Assembly (NCBI GenBank): GCA_032718475.1
Contig: JAUCBJ010001185.1
Coordinates: 10,315 to 74,314 of the forward strand
Direction of reading: 5' to 3'
DNA: 64,000 bases
From: Nemertoderma westbladi
Taxonomy: Eukaryota > Animalia > Xenacoelomorpha
The notes below the pieces were generated by a model. That model had not been told where the DNA came from and made no database searches. It worked only from the letters and a program-made list of their open reading frames with translations. This document shows, one piece after another, positions 61,353-64,000 of this stretch; position 1 is the stretch's first letter, and each line of letters begins with the position of its first letter. A program made the translations under genes and the position numbers.

Positions 61353-64000
61353 TAGGTATACCGTGGGGGTTAGTGGTAGGTCTAGGTATGGGGTTAGTGG
61401 TAGGTTTAGGTATACCGTGGGGGTTAGTGGTGGGTCTAGGTATGGGGTTAGTGGTAGGTTTAGGTATGGGGTTAGTGGTAGGTTTAGGTATACCGTGGGG
61501 GTTAGTTGTGGGTCTATGTATACCGTGGGGGTTAGTGGTGGGTCTAGGTATGGGGTTAGTGGTAGGTTTAGGTATACCGTGGGGGTTAGTGGTGGGTCTA
61601 GGTATGGGGTTAGTGGTAGGTTTAGGTATGGGGTTAGTGGTAGGTTTAGGTATACCGTGGGGTTTAGTGGTGGGTCTATGTATACCGTGGGGGTTAGTGG
61701 TGGGTCTAGGTATACCGTGGGGGTTAGTGGTAGGTCTAGGTATGGGGTTAGTGGTAGGTTTAGGTATACCGTGTTGGGGTTAGTGGTAGGTTTAGGTATA
61801 CCGTGGGGGTTAGTGGTAGGTCTAGGTATGGGGTTAGTGGTAGGTTTAGGTATACCGTGGGGGTTAGTGGTAGGTTTAGGTATGGGGTTAGTGGTAGGTC
61901 TAGGTATACCGTGGGGGTTAGTGGTAGGTCTAGGTATGGGGTTAGTGGTAGGTCTAGGTATGGGGTTAGTGGTAGGTTTAGGTATACCGTGGGGGTTAGT
62001 GGTAGGTCTAGGTATGGGGTTAGTGGTAGGTCTAGGTATAGGGTTAGTGGTAGGTTTAGGTATACCGTGGGGGTTAGTGGTAGGTCTAGGTATGGGGTTA
62101 GTGGTAGGTCTAGGTATGGGGTTAGTGGTAGGTTTAGGTATACCGTGGGGGTTAGTGGTAGGTTTAGGTATGGGGTTAGTGGTGGGTCTAGGTATACCGT
62201 GGGGGTTAGTGGTAGGTCTAGGTATGGGGTTAGTGGTAGGTTTAGGTATACCGTGGGGGTTAGTGGTAGGTTTAGGTATGGGGTTAGTGGTAGGTTTAGG
62301 TATACCGTGGGGGTTAGTGGTAGGTTTAGGTATGGGGTTAGTGGTGTGTCTATGTATACCGTGGGGGTTAGTGGTAGGTCTAGGTATGGGGTTAGTGGTA
62401 GGTTTAGGTATACCGTGGGGGTTAGTGGTGGGTCTAGGTATGGGGTTAGTGGTAGGTTTAGGTATGGGGTTAGTGGTAGGTTTAGGTATACCGTGGGGGT
62501 TAGTGGTAGGTCTAGGTATGGGGTTAGTGGTAGGTCTAGGTATGGGGTTAGTGGTAGGTCTAGGTATGGGGTTAGTGGTAGGTCTAGGTATGGGGTTAGT
62601 GGTAGGTTTAGGTATACCGTGGGGGTTAGTGGTAGGTCTAGGTATGGGGTTAGTGGTAGGTCTAGGTATGGGGTTAGTGGTAGGTTTAGGTATACCGTGG
62701 GGGTTAGTGGTAGGTCTAGGTATGGGGTTAGTGGTAGGTTTAGGTATACCGTGGGGGTTAGTGGTGGGTCTATGTATACCGTGGGGGTTAGTGGTGGGTC
62801 TAGGTATACCGTGGGGGTTAGTGGTAGTGGTAGGTTTAGGTATACCGTGGGGGTTAGTGGTAGGTTTAGGTATACCGTGGGGGTTAGTGGTGGGTCTAGG
62901 TATGGGGTTAGTGGTAGGTTTAGGTATACCGTGGGGGTTAGTGGTGGGTCTATGTATGGGGTTAGCGGTAGGTTTAGGTATACCGTGGGGGTTAGTGGTG
63001 GGTCTATGTATACCGTTGGGGTTAGTGGTGGGTCTAGGTATACCGTGGGGGTTAGTGGTATGTCTAGGTATGGGGTTAGTGGTAGGTTTAGGTATACCGT
63101 GGGGGTTAGTGGTAGGTTTAGGTATGGGGTTAGTGGTAGGTTTAGGTATACCGTGGGGGTTAGTGGTAGGTCTAGGTATGGGGTTAGTGGTAGGTTTAGG
63201 TATACCGTGGGGGTTAGTGGTAGGTTTAGGTATGGGGTTAGTGGTAGGTCTAGGTATACCGTGGGGGTTAGTGGTAGGTCTAGGTATGGGGTTTGTGGTA
63301 GGTCTAGGTATGGGGTTAGTGGTAGGTCTAGGTATGGGGTTAGTGGTAGGTTTAGGTATACCGTGGGGGTTAGTGGTAGGTCTAGGTATGGGGTTAGTGG
63401 TAGGTCTAGGTATGGGGTTAGTGGTAGGTTTAGGTATACCGTGGGGGTTAGTGGTAGGTCTAGGTATGGGGTTAGTGGTAGGTTTAGGTATACCGTGGGG
63501 GTTAGTGGTGGGTCTATGTATACCGTGGGGGTTAGTGGTGGGTCTAGGTATACCGTGGGGGTTAGTGGTAGGTCTAGGTATGGGGTTAGTGGTAGGTTTA
63601 GGTATACCGTGGGGGTTAGTGGTAGGTTTAGGTATACCGTGGGGGTTAGTGGTAGGTCTAGGTATGGGGTTAGTGGTAGGTTTAGGTATACCGTGGGGGT
63701 TAGTGGTGGGTCTATGTATACCGTGGGGGTTAGTGGTAGGTCTAGGTATGGGGTTAGTGGTAGGTTTAGGTATACCGTGGGGGTTAGTGGTAGGTTTAGG
63801 TATGGGGTTAGTGGTAGGTTTAGGTATACCGTGGGGGTTAGTGGTAGGTCTAGGTATGGGGTTAGTGGTAGGTTTAGGTATACCGTGGGGGTTAGTGGTG
63901 GGTCTAGGTATACCGTGGGGGTTAGTGGTAGGTCTAGGTATGGGGTTAGTGGTAGGTCTAGGTATGGGGTTAGTGGTAGGTTTAGGTATACCGTGGGGGT
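61353..64000. repeat. G-rich minisatellite of mixed 24- and 30-bp units
   Basis: TAGGTATGGGGTTAGTGGTAGGT(C/T) and TAGGTATACCGTGGGGGTTAGTGGTAGGT(C/T); runs off the window end. Confidence 0.97.

Noticed and set aside
61373-61783. Hydrophobic GLVVGLG repeat ORF
   Set aside because: Translation of the 24/30-bp satellite downstream of a strong GTAAGT donor.

Overview
Repeat-rich eukaryotic (metazoan, probably invertebrate) genomic window; not prokaryotic and no CRISPR array. Host genes: an intronless SET/TAF-I histone chaperone CDS (13920-14690 +); five coding exons of a MAGI-family scaffold gene (PDZ0, guanylate-kinase-like, first WW; 21539 to beyond 61311 +); and an RBM33-like gene nested antisense in the 31-kb MAGI intron, broken by a single -1 frame change. 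The rest is RTE-type LINEs, MITE/foldback and Helentron-like elements and several minisatellites. The strongest oddities are: (1) two different tRNA-like/Pol III units fused to minimal type-I hammerhead ribozymes, one with an intact core sitting between the A and B boxes where the anticodon arm should be; (2) a 4.7-kb non-autonomous Polinton/Maverick-like element (AGTAGT termini, 6-bp TSD, about 1.4-kb TIRs) with a tRNA-like Pol III cassette in each TIR and one zinc-finger/acidic ORF; (3) a 5.2-kb MAGI intron made almost entirely of about 126 tandem copies of its own 5' splice junction. All calls were made by eye. No database searches or folding programs were run, and boundaries of degenerate repeats are approximate.
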